64,000 nucleotides of DNA from contig JBHGNT010000004.1 in assembly GCA_043228905.1 (NCBI GenBank), forward strand, positions 24,924,001 to 24,988,000, in the 5' to 3' direction. Shown here piece by piece: positions 26,910 through 39,599 of the stretch (within the stretch, counting starts at the first letter, position 1; each line of letters opens with the position of its first letter). Both the position numbers and the translations under genes were made by a program. The notes below the pieces were generated by a model. That model did no database searches, was not told where the DNA came from, and worked only from the letters and a program-made list of their open reading frames with translations. The stretch is from Azolla caroliniana (lineage: Eukaryota > Plantae > Polypodiophyta).

Positions 26910-29039
26910 GAAGAGATATCAAAGGAGAACCCATATGTCACCTTTTCAATGGGGCACTACCTCCCTTTCATGCGAGAAAATACGAGAACCATCTATTGTT
27001 GCCAATTGTGTTTGATTTTGGATGTATGCCACCAAGGCTACCAGATTGGCTACCTTTAACATCCATCCTTGTGCCTTTTACATATCCCTTGGTTGGCTTC
27101 TTACCTTGGGTGCAATCTCAGAACTTTGCCTCATTGCTATATGAATAATCTAGATACTCAAAACGATTGATAATGCATGGTTGCAATTGGGTAAACCCAT
27201 ACTGGTAATGAATGACTACCCAAGGCAATATTTCAAGGCGAGACAAAGTTTCCCATGCCACGAATATAGGTGGCTCTTGTGGGAGAGCACTATCATGATT
27301 TGTACTGTGAAATCATGATGCAATGCATTATCTTTATTTGATACTTAATAGTGAATCGACATTCATAAACAAATTAACAAGTAGAAATTTTAGATGACAA
27401 ATAAGTTAAAGTATTAGTTGGTTGCCTCTTATGGGGATATTATTAAAAATTAACACTGTATACAATGTAGAACCCAAGTGCCTAGTTGAAAAAACAAACA
27501 TTATTTACCAATGTTGTGTAGGAGTTGTAATGAGAGAGATATTGCCAAACCCTCTCTATTTCAATGGTTCAAAAAGTAAAAACACAAAACTTAATGCCAC
27601 TATCTCTATCGAGAATTTGTGAGTATTGGTGTGTAAAGTAAGAATCAATATGCAAGGATTTTGTGACACCATGAAAAATGACTATGATTGGGCATTAAAG
27701 TCCAATTCATATTGGGTCCTTGATCAACATTATGAAGGCATACATTGTTGTCTAGCTTGAAAAAACAAGCTCTCACTAGTTTGTGAATGATTTCTTCGTT
27801 ACGCCAAAATCTACCCTAAAATGCATCCCCTAAACAATTGTTGAAACAACTTGAAGAGCTTATCCCAAAAACAAGGTTCTATGCACTTCTTTTGTACGTT
27901 CATAATAGAGAACAACCAAACAAACTACATACTAGCTTTCATAACACATTATAGCAAAATAGAGGTTGCGCATATTTTGACTTGTATGTTGTATTTGTAT
28001 TTGAACCATGACATCTTTATCCCAAACTTGTATTTGAATTGTAACATTTTATAGTAAACATATATTTCCACGATATTCACATGGAAGATGATAGACAATA
28101 ACATGATCTATGACTCTATAGCTTTCAATAATAATGTAACTTGCACCGAGGTCAATGGTGCCACATATATGAGTCCATGTTTACAAAAAGCAACAAAGTA
28201 TACTTAGATCATATAAAAAAGCAAATGTAAACTTGCTTTGATCTTACTTGGCATGCTTTCATCCTCTGAATCTCGTTCAACGTTAATTGGTAGGGGAAGG
28301 AGTTATCCTTCCCACGTATTTCGCAATCAATGTTTATGAGTCACTTCATTTCATGTTTATGCATATGCACTTGTCTAGCTTACATGGTTGGATCCACACA
28401 ATTTTCAACAAAATTTGTTTATGTTGAATGAGGCTAGTTCAGATCGCCGTTAAGTGAAGAAGGGTATGTATGAGACGAGTAGATGTTGAAGAAAGAATAA
28501 AGCTTGGCAAAAGGAAGTGACAACTTATCAACGCCACCTAAAGTCAATGAAAGCTAGTTGACCTCGTTTAAACTCAAGCTCTTTTCATTATGGTTGTTTG
28601 ATTAATGATGTTGATCTATGATTTTGTAAGATGTAGCCACGCATTGATGTCGTGAGTACAATTGATGGGTGAGAAAAAAAGATGAAAGAGTTCCACTTTT
28701 ATTTTGTTCAAGCTCCAACTATCCCAAGCATGGCTAGGACTATGCTAACTTGATTAGTGCTAGGGTGGAAATCCTCATAGTGTACCTTGTTGCATACCAC
28801 CAAAAACAAATGTTTGAATAATTTATCTCGCTGACGATTATTTTGGTGGCTTCACCATTAGCAATGAAGCTTTATTTGTACTCATGACCTTGTTATGGGA
28901 GAGTCTATGTAGCTGAATATTCATTTTGGTGGCTTCACAATCGACAAGGAAGCCTATTGTTATATTCATGGCTTAAGATTCAACTCTCTGGTAATACCCG
29001 ACACTACATCTTGGGTGTGATACAGAAGAGTCTCAAACA

Positions 29040-29370
29040 TGCATAGACTCATATACATACATACATAGATGTATGCATGCAAGCATCCACACACACCATA
29101 CATGTATGTATACATGCATCCACACATAGCGTACATACATATATACATGCATCTACACATAGCATACATACATATATACATGCATCCACACACACCATAC
29201 ATACATGTATGTATACATGCATCCACACATACCATACATACATATATATGTACATGCATCCACCCATACGGTACATACACATTCATGCATCCACCCATAC
29301 CATGCAATACAATACACATGTACATCCATCCATACCTATATACATGCATCCATACATGCCATACATACAA
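29040..29370. repeat. ATAC/CATGCATCCAC minisatellite upstream of FIP1
   Basis: About 9 catgcatccac-type units in (ATAC)n. Source of several low-complexity ORFs. Confidence 0.9.
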
Positions 29371-29715
29371 ATAATTCTAAGTTCTAACTCTTTTGCTTGT
29401 TTCAACAGGGAGAAGACTCAAGAGAAGAATGCCCATCTCATAATATTAAGGTATACTCTGTTTTTCCTTCAACACACAGAAGAGAAAAATGCCCATCTCA
29501 TAATAAGGTATGCTCTGTTTTGGCCCTTTTGAAAAGCTCTGTGTTTCCTCTGCTCTTCTTCTTCTTCTTCTATTCCTCCCTCCGTGTCCTGTTTGCTTCA
29601 TATCTCAGATTATTCTTCCATCTCCCTCTCTACAAGCTGGTTTGAGAACCAAAATTCCCCTTCAAATCTAGCAGAAACCTGGTCTGATCTGCTCCGGAAG
29701 CGGAGTCGTGTGGTT

Positions 29716-32700
29716 ATGGAAGAAGACGACTTCGGAGATCTTTATGGATTTGCTGGAAACCAAGCTCCACAAGGCTCTGCAATTGTTGGGTCTTCTTCAG
29801 CCCCTCCGAAAACATATACTTTTTATGACGACGACGATGCAGGAGAAGAAGAAGAAGTAAAAGAGGAAGTTGGAAAAATGAATGAAGTGAAGGATAAACC
29901 TCCTAAAAAACTTCTAGAAGCTATGTCTTCTGCTGAAAGAGATTCTGATGAAGATGATGATCTTCTTCTGTTAGGTTATAGCTCTAAGTCATCAAGCGTT
30001 TTGGCCAGTAAAGTGCATAATACCAACAGTATTCTGCAAGGGGTAGAGACACAGGGTGATTTAGGGTTTCCTGAGTTGCTGTCAGTATCAACATCAGAAA
30101 TTAGGGTTCCGCTTCCTAATGGAGCCATATCCACAACAACATCGGTATATACACCTAATGAAACCCCTATAAAATTGCCAAGTATAAGTGATTTTGGCAT
30201 TCACACTATTAGTATACCAGGGCTTTCGACCACAGTAAATGCATCACCATTCGACAGAATACAAGATAACGAAGACTTAGCAGAAGATTTGGGGGTAGAT
30301 TTGTCTGAAGATTTTACTGGAGATTTAGGTGGGCATGGACCTGGAGATGTGGGTGGACATTTCCCCCAAGATAGTTGGATGCCTTCTGGAAAGACGCCAC
30401 CTTTGGAAGTAACTGAAAAAGGTGGATCTGCTCAAGGGGCGGAGGATTGGGATACTGATGATAGCGAAGATGATCTCCAGATTGTGTTGAATTCAGAATA
30501 TCCTTACTATCAGCCAACTGGTGAGAAGCCAAGGGTAGGCAAGCTTGAAGGGGGCAGTGAAGACGAGGACGAGGACGAGGATCTTATAATTGTTGATGAG
30601 GCCGAAGGCCAGCTATTGCAGCCACCAGATGCTCTTGCAATGCCAGCTGACGGGTCTATTCAACCAACTTTGGGAGAGAAGCTGGTGGGGATTGGAGATG
30701 AAAAAGAACAAGATAGTGTTGTGCCAGGTGTTGGTCCTCTAAGTCAGCCACTTCCCCGAGGTGGTTATGGCTATACAGCGTACAATTCTCCATATAAGGT
30801 GAGTATTATTGTATCTATCATTCAACTTGACTTTCATAGTTTTACGATTGTAGCTCTTTCCTGTTCACCTTTTCCAGTAGTGCATAATATTGCTCTCTAT
30901 TAAGGATGTGTAACTTTCATAGTGGTGGTTGTTCCTCACCAGTCAATATACATAAACAGAAGTGGCTTTCCTGTATTTAAGTATTTGTATTTAACTACAG
31001 TGTACGTTGATCATCTTTCAAAAAGTATGAGATTATGCACAATCAGAGTGACTAAACATAGTTATTTGAATATACCATACAGCTTCATGAGCCAAATCAC
31101 TAAAAAGTACTATCTTAAGAGGTTCAGGGTTGAGTGTTCATTGTGGAGTGGGAGTGTTATGATCTTAGCTTGAAAAAATCTGTTTATTTTGTTGATTCGT
31201 TTCTGTGTGAATTACTATTCTAACTTCTCTGGGAGTGCATGTAGTATGTGCGACCAGGTGCGGCTCCCCTGTACGGGGCAGGGGCACCTGGTGGGCCAGC
31301 TCTAGGAAGAGGTCTCGGTATGAAAAGTGTTGGTGGCCGGGGTGAGTGGCGAGGATCTGGGAGAGGATTGTTTGGGCCTCCAGCTACATCACAAATGTCT
31401 TCTTGGCCTGCACCTTCTGGATTTGAATATACTCTACCACCATCCATGTGAGTGTGTTTGGTTTCAGGTTTGTTTTGTGTGTTTAGTCACTAGTCTTGGG
31501 TCATTCAAAAACATTAATACAATGGACATATGCAGGACAGTGTTTGATATTGATCTTGAAGCTTTTGAAGAAAAACCCTGGAGACAACCAATGGCTGATG
31601 TCACTGATTATTTTAATTTTGGTTTTGATGAGACCTCATGGAAGGATTATTGCAAGCAACTGGTAACCTTCTTCCTGTCCGCCTTTTCGCATCTAAATGT
31701 CCTTGTTTGGACGTACTTCCACAATACATGCATCTCCCAGCTAGGAAAAAGAATCATGTGTATCTTTGCTAACTCATGAATGCATTTCTATATCTCTATA
31801 TGTATGTATATAGAGGGGAAAAGAGGTTCCACATTTTTATTTTATTTTATTTGAATTCTGGAAACATATTATAAGAATCAGAACTATTATTTGAAATGCT
31901 GCTCTTTGATCATATAGTTTAGGTTCTTCTTTCTACGAGTGAATTATCTGATGTTTGACCATTTTGATTAATTATTAAACAGGCTCAACTCCGGCTAGAG
32001 TCTACAATGCAGAGTAAGATAAGGGTTTACGAAAGTGGGAGGTCTGAGCAGGTAGACTTTCACATTGGTGATTTGATAGTCCTTTTTATCTTTATTTATC
32101 GCTATTCTTATACCTCCATTATTTAAACAGGAGTATGATCCAGATTTACCTCCAGAATTGGCTGTAGCTGCTGGACTGCATGAAGCAGGTGACAGAATTC
32201 AGCATCGATCACTTGAATCTGAAGCAACAGCCTCAACAATGGGGCGGCGAGGACACACTCCAATCATTGTATGTGTGCAAGTCTTTTATCTCATAGTTAA
32301 TATTTTATTGACTCTGAAGATGGGTCTCAAGTTTTCGTTTTGTTTTGACAGCCATTAGGTCGGCCTATAGAGGTTGAAGGTGGTCTTGGCGACCGTAGAC
32401 CATCTTCTGATTTAAGAAAGCAGCGTATTCGTGACTCTGACAGTGTATACAATCTTCACAAATTCTATTTTATTTGTTGATTTTATATCCTTTAATTTTT
32501 AATATGCATGAAGCATTTCCCATTTGGTATTAGATAATTTTGGTTGATGCGGCGGAGGATGAAGTCTTGGAAGAAAAAACACCAGATGAAAAAGGTAAAG
32601 GACAGACAGCTGATGCAGTAGCTAAAGTGGATCAAATCCAGGAAGAGGAAGAAGAGGAGGAGGAAGAAGAGGAAGAAGAGGATATTGACACTAAAAACAT

Positions 32701-35700
32701 TTTCAAGGGAAAACTGCAACAGTCTACTTGGCACAAAGAGGATTCTACCAAAGAAGCGAACACTATGATGGAAATCTCTCAAATGGCTGAAGGGAGAGTG
32801 AGACCTGGTTTCAAGAAGATTGATGGCAATATGCAAGTAGGACCTTTAATAGGAAAGCCTATTTCTGGTGAATCTGGAAAAGTATCAGAGGAATCGATAT
32901 CTACTAGTCAGAGGTAAATTTTTCATTTGCGAAGAACAGTTTCCTTTTCTTTACTTTTTCTAACTGATGTGCAGCTCTTGAAGTTATGTAGATATCTTGT
33001 TTCTAAGAGTAAACTACTTAGCTTGAATGCAATCTGGTGGATGAACACATAAACAAAGAGCTCACTTTTTTTTTATGACCACAAGTTTTTTATGCATATA
33101 TGTCTACTAGACCCTCAATTTCTGTGTATCTTGTTTTTGAGAGTAAATAGTTAGCACAAATGTAATTTTTGTGTACATGATTGTCCAGGTAAAGAAAGAG
33201 TTCTTTTCATTTTTACGACCACTGTATTTTTCTTACTTATTGTTTTTAATCTAGAGTCTTGAATTATGTTGGGAATGGTCATCCAACCTCTATATGTGGA
33301 ACTTCCTTGTCTGGAAAGTTATTGAAGCTGATTATGTTATTATGTAAGATAGCATCATGTAAACTTGAAGAATTTCTTGCTACTGTGACCTTGATAATTG
33401 TGTTCAAGCTGAAGCATTTTGCTAATGTTTCATTGGTGAATTGCAGAGAAACATCAAGGCTACGTGGTACATCTAAATTAATAGTTGCAGGGAGAATAGG
33501 TATGCATCAAGATGCTGAAAATAACGATAAGGACATCAATTATGGGGGATTTAATGTCAAAATCTATAGTTCCAAGGAGGAACAAATAGAAACCCAAGAA
33601 GGCAGCCTTGTGGGGGCTGAAAGGAGTATTGGAAAACCTCAGACTGACCTATTGGCAGGCCAGCGGACTATCGACAGAACTGCTATTGCAGGGGAGTTCA
33701 AGGAGATTCAAAGTGATAGTCCTGCGAACTCATCCAAAAGGCAGAGATTAGCTTCACCAGAGGGTTCTAATACAGCTTCATGGGATGATTATGACATTCA
33801 AAAATCATCAAGAGTTGTGTCCCAGAAGGAGCAGAGAGACAGTGGTGAATCTGCACGCAGTGGACGTGATGATGTCTCACAATATCGAAAGAAGCATCCT
33901 AGCTATTCTGATACCAGCAAGGGAGATCAACGCAGAGAATCGGTAGAGGCCTTTGATTCCTACCGCAAGAAAGAAACTGTTCCTCTTTACAGGCATGACA
34001 TTGAAACTGAAATTCACTTTGAAGCTGATAATGTACATGAAATGAGGAAGAGACAAAAGCCGAGCACTATTGGGAATGAGACATCAAAAGAAGGACTGAG
34101 GCATTGGAAGGAAAGAGAAGAAGATGCTTATGGTAAGAGCAAGGGAGTTGAAGCAGCATCAGGCAGGCGAGGTTATCCAGACAAAGAACCACCATCATAT
34201 TACAAGGAGAAGCCAGGGAGTCGACCAGAATCTAGAAGGAAGGAAGAGGAAGAAAGAGATGTCGCATACCATAAAGCAAGAGGAGCTCAATCAAAGTCGA
34301 GAAGGAAAGATGAGGAAGACAAAGAGGCAGCATATCATAAAGAAAGAGGTAGCCGACTAGAAACCAAGAAGAGAGAGGAAGAAGATAAAAGGGAGAGGCA
34401 GGATTCTAGGAAAAAGGATGTTGAAGATAGAAAAGATAGGCTTGATAAAGGTTATCCTCACAGAGGAAGAGAAATGGAGACTTCAAATCGGCGTAGTGTA
34501 GAGAGAAAGAAGAAAGAGGATGAATATAGGAGAAAGGATTGGTCAGAGGAAGCTGGAGGGCATGATAGGAAAGAAAAAGAAAAGCATGTTTCTGAGAGAT
34601 ATGATCGAGATACAGATCAACATTTACGGAGGAAGGAAGAACCTTCCCTTAAAAGGGAGAGGCTTCAAGATTCTCACAAATCTAAGACACATGATGAACC
34701 AGCAAAAGAAAGAGATTCACGGCAACCAAATGGAGGGTATCATGAGCAGCATGGAAAATCCTCAAAGGATGAAGAAAGGCCTACAGAAGTTTCTAAAAGT
34801 GGCAAGCGTCATGAAGAAGATAAGTCTTGGCGCAGTAAAGATGAGAATAATATCATTGACAGTAGAAGGTCTGCTGAGCCAAGAGGCCACCTAAAAGATA
34901 AAAGAAAAGATTCAGATGAGCATGGAAAGGAAAAATTTCGAGGACATGAAGTTCGAGCTAGATCTGTGTCTGATAAAGAAGGCCTCCATCTTTCAGATAG
35001 TCGAGATAGAGATTCTGGACAACATGGCAGGGTGTCTGATGATCAAAAAACAACTGAAAGGAGGTTGCATTCAGATAAACACCGGTCTGATTCAAAAAGA
35101 AGCAGAGACTCTGATAAAGAAGGCAATGATTCGGCTTCACAATTGGGAGATTACTTGAATACAAACAGGAAAAGGAAAACTGGAAGTGACAAAAATGAGA
35201 CGGTGAGATTTAATCTTTAGGCGTACATGGTTATTGTTATGTCAGTTTGCTCTCCTGTTTTATTTTATGAAAGTGGCTTGGAGTCCTGATCTGTATTTGG
35301 CTTGTATCATGGTAGTGAATTAAGCTTTCACGATATAAAAGTGTAAGAATTTTGACCATAACTAGTGATGGCTAAAGATGTTGGTGCTTTGCACTCTTAG
35401 CTTTGAACACTTGAAAGTCTGCTTCTCTATAGATAACCAATCACTCTAGGTTTGGCCTTTCTGACACACTTCAATGACAGTCTTCTGCATCTTTTTGAAA
35501 TTTTCACTTCAGGAAATAAATACGTCTTAGGATATTAGAGTACTCTGCCTGCTATTGCTGCCTTGAACAATATACATATTAGGTGTGAAGATGTTGTTAT
35601 TAGACACTGTTTTGGTTTTTATTGTCAATTGTAGAAATCGATAGTTTATTTTTGATGTATGTGATGGCTGACTGAGCAAAGGAAGGCTTAGTAGAGTCTG

Positions 35701-38700
35701 GACTCTTCTCTACAAGCCTTAATGAACTATATAAAGAAATGAGAAAAATGTAATCTTGTCCTGCAGTTTCAGGGACAGGGGGACCACAGTGAACTGGAAT
35801 GTATGCATTGACATTTTGCTCATCTTCTTTGAGTAGGAAGGTGGGCTTGATGGATTTATGTTGTAGGTTGCCGCCCAATTCCAGTATAGTGCATCTGGAT
35901 TTGAGAAGAGGCACACATGCCTTCTGCCTGTGTCACATAGGGTTCTATGATGATTGAGGATGATCTGTAGAGCTTGATATAGTTGCTGCTCAATTTTAAT
36001 ATAGTGCATTTGGGTTTGAGAAGAGGCACACCTGCCTCCTGCCCATGTCCCATAGGGTTCTATGACGATTGAGGATGATCTGTAGAGCTTGATATAATTG
36101 CTGCTCAATTTCAGTATAGTGCATCTGGGTTGGGAAGAGGCACACCTGGCTCTTGCCTGTATCACATAGTGTCCTATGAATAGTGAGGAGGATCTGTAGA
36201 GCTTGATATGAGCTGCTGGAATATTGCTGATAAGGCTATATCCTACTACATGGATATGTTCCACCATCTGAGCAAGGTTCCTGTTACCTGGATGTTGATG
36301 GTTGCAAATAATCTCAACATTTTATGATTTGTTTGTGTTTTGGTTAATGCTATCCAGTGCTATTACTATATTGTGGTCTCTTTATTATTCTCATTATTGA
36401 GATATAAGTAGGTGGAGGTCATGATATTTTGCCCGCAGGCAAAAAATTAGTTGACTGATTGTTTTCAAATAGATTCTTGAAACCTACTTTCCAGGATTTT
36501 TGACAGCATTTGAAAGCTTTTTTTGTGTGGTTTCAGTGCCCTTTTTCATAATAAGACGCACTGTTAAGTCAGCATGGACTCTGGATACGCATCTCTTTAT
36601 GATCCCTATCCCCAGCTACTGATACTTATTCCTCCACTTTAGCCTTGCACATCACCATGCTGTGTGAGAACAGCTGATTCTGAAAGATTTTATGTTAATG
36701 TCTTCAAAAGGTGACAGTGACGAATGTGAACAGAAGTTACATCCATGTTAATATTATATAGATGTATCCAAATAGAAAGCAAACATACATTGTACTTAAA
36801 ACTATGTGGCATTCCTGTGTAACCTGGCTGTGATAAAAGTATAGATGTGGGAACCATTGACACAAGTAATGCAGAGACAGTGTCTAAAATCTATCAATAC
36901 ATATTCTAAGAATAGTAGCATGTGAGTGGATTAGACGATGAATGTCTCATAGGATGCTGCCATATGAAAAGAGCCTGGATTAGAACTTAATGCTACTAAT
37001 GCATAGTGTGGATTAGGTTTTTCACACATGAAAGGTTGAATGCATAGCATGGACTAGATACTTGTACATGAAACATTTACATTATAAGAGGGCTTGCAAA
37101 ATTTAAATGCCATGTATCTCTAGACAAAACCTGCAGTTGTGTATATGTTTATCCATCCATTTCTCTTCCTTGCTTCTTTCATCTGTAGTTTTATCCGATT
37201 CATCGCAACAGTATTTATGGAGTATCAGCGATCACACAACATTTTGGACCACGAATCTGGTTAAATATATAGGAGGCTTGCTTGAATGATCTCTCATTCA
37301 CTATCGGGGTTCTAGCTGTTCAGGGAGGTCAAGTCAACACGGATTAGCTGAGAAGATTGGGTAGAATGATCCCTATGCCAAATATATAGAGCTGCACCAA
37401 TAATCATACCCTCGAGACATAAGATATCATGTTGTATTATAGCTCTTTTTTATTTTCTTAAAATTCATATTCATCATCTCTTGTCTCTCATTTAGTCACA
37501 AACATCAAACTCCTCAAATGTCATATTTTGGTATCTCATTGACAAACTTATCAACTCTCTATCGTGTCAACTTGAAGTCCTGAATAGAGGAAAACAATGT
37601 ACAAACTAATCAAATTTATGCTATGTTTTGAACTTGATTGGCTAGGTTAGTGTAGGTTCAAGACATAATTGGTTATCTATTGGTCGCTGTAATAAACACA
37701 GAGATATTATTTTTGCTTTGTTGGTTTAAAGTCTTCATTCAGTATTGTTGTTTTACTGTTGAAACCTTTTAGTTATAATGGAGATGTTGTTTCTTGTGCA
37801 TTTATTTCCACAAGTAACATCACAATATGATTTTCTCAATTTGTGTATATGAATGTGTCTTTCTGGTAGAGAACTTGTTTGTGTTTACTTCTATTCTTTT
37901 AGCTTTTAGCTTTTAGTATTTTTTTATTGTTTTAGAATGGGATTAACCTTTCGTTAGTTTCTCTCTCATCCCTTGATATACTTCCGTTGGTTCCCAACTA
38001 GAATTATTTTCAATGTTTGTCTTAGCTCAAGTTTTCTAAACTATTTGAAGCCCATAACATGATAATAATGGGCATTGGTTTTTGCAAACTCATTTGTATA
38101 CTTGGGCATTGAAACATGATTAAGGATTTGAGATGTAGCTATCTAGAACATACAAAGATTCAGTTTGGTTCAAACATTACAGAGCGGATGGAATTAGGTC
38201 TGCCCATTGGTGGGTGTCTCCCTTCTAATTCCTTTATTTTTGGTCTCAAAGGTCATATTGGATCTCCGAAGGCGATAATAGAATCTTTCTATCTATCTAT
38301 CTATCTATCTTTATAGCATGAAACACGATTCAGTTCTTTTTTTAAAGCAAATCCCCTTTATCCTCGTAATTCTTTAGGAAGACATGCTGTGCAGGATGCA
38401 CAACGCACTCCATGACCTTAAAACAGGTACCTCAAGCTAGATTGGTCTCTCATAGCCATCAGCCTGTCTCGATGTTCCATGGAATTAAATCTATATTTAG
38501 AAGCCGCCACCCCCCTTTTATTCTTACTGAGAAAGGGTCCATCATGATAATCTATCAATGTTGACCTGAATTTTCGAGATTCCACATACAGAAGGGGGAA
38601 TGCGTTATGGATGACTGATCTTGGGCTTCTCCACTTTGTGCTCAGATTCAAAATCTAGTAGCCATATGAAATGATCTTTTCTCATCTTAAATAAAGCTTA

Positions 38701-39599
38701 TATCTGACCTTAGTTGAAGTCGAGAGGACGGACAGCTCAGGGATGCTACAGTCTATTCCTACATAAGCATTTGGTAGATATCAATGATAATATAGATCTG
38801 TGTACACTAATGCATATTAGATAGAGAGAGACAGAGAGGGAGAGAGAGGTAGAGGTAGAGAGAGAGATTTTGCTTTCTATTTCCTTTCCCGCAGACAACA
38901 AAAAAGAGAGACTCAGTTACGTTTGCAACCAGAGATTCACAAGCTAATAATGACATGAAAATGCAAGTTGAGATTAGGGAAGAGTACCATGATATGAGTG
39001 CTGCGAAATTTGCTAATGTGAAGGCCTTTGAAGAAGGATCATCAGATGAAGATGAGCAGCAGAAAGGCAGGTCAAAGCTTGAGAGGTGGGCAAGCCATAA
39101 AGATCTGGAGTTTTATAAATCTGAAAAGCCACCAACACATGAGAAGATTAAAAGGGAAGAAAAACATAGGCAGAGTTCCACTTCTAGAGGGAAACAAAGG
39201 TATCATCATCCCTCTGAATCGCAAGATGTTACAGATGCAGATGATGGCCGGAAGCTAATTTCAAGGAATAAGAAAGGCAATGTTTCCATTGAACATATCA
39301 ATGGCAAGGTAGTAGACGAGGAGTCTCCTAGTCGTCTCACAAAAGGCAATGTTGCCACTGAGATTGAAGAGAAAAAGCATGGCGAAGGATCAGGGCATGA
39401 TCAAGGGGAGAAGAAGGATCCCTCATTCCCGGAACCAAATATGGCAGCAAAGTTAGAGAAGCGGAAAGAGCGTTTCAAAGTCTCGGTGGAAGAAAACGAA
39501 ATGCTTCGGAAGCTTGACCGGGAAGAGCGTCAACAAGCGATTAATGATGGATCAAGGCAAGAGAGACCTCCACGCAAGAGGCGTTGGGCAAGTGGCTAG
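29716..39599 (+). CDS. FIP1: Pre-mRNA polyadenylation factor FIP1 (FIP1[V]-like), 9 exons
   Basis: Exons 29716-30798, 31245-31447, 31536-31662, 31983-32051, 32131-32268, 32352-32444, 32534-32913, 33447-35202, 38895-39599. Motifs MEEDDFGDLY, DDSEDDLQIVLN, YK|YVRPG, Fip1 motif TVFDIDLEAFEEKPWRQPMADVTDYFNFGFDETSWKDYCKQL, SKIRVYESGRSEQ|EYDPDLPPELA, RD/RE-rich region, RSKLERWASHKD, RPPRKRRW. Confidence 0.93.
35865..36215. repeat. Three-copy 115-bp tandem repeat in FIP1 intron 8
   Basis: atagtgcat starts at 35886, 36001 and 36116; the units are highly similar. Confidence 0.92.
38385..38720 (+). mobile_element. Decayed Ty1/copia reverse-transcriptase fragment in FIP1 intron 8
   Basis: CRMHNALHDLK.QVPQA resembles CRLxKALYGLKQAPRAW; MTDLGLLHFVL resembles MTDLGxLxYFLG; frameshifted. 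Confidence 0.6.

Noticed and set aside
28966-29532. ORFs rich in M/Y/V/C or H/T/Y/I (also 21049-21552, 7517-7888, 53868-54295, 42369-42611)
   Set aside because: Translations of microsatellites and minisatellites.
32485-32492. ATATCCTT, a perfect U12 AT-AC donor motif in FIP1 intron 6
   Set aside because: Extending the exon to it crosses an in-frame TGA (32478-32480); a GT-AG model keeps the frame.
35865-36215. CRISPR-like array, for this and the other tandem repeats
   Set aside because: No unique spacers between constant repeats, no cas genes, plant nuclear context.
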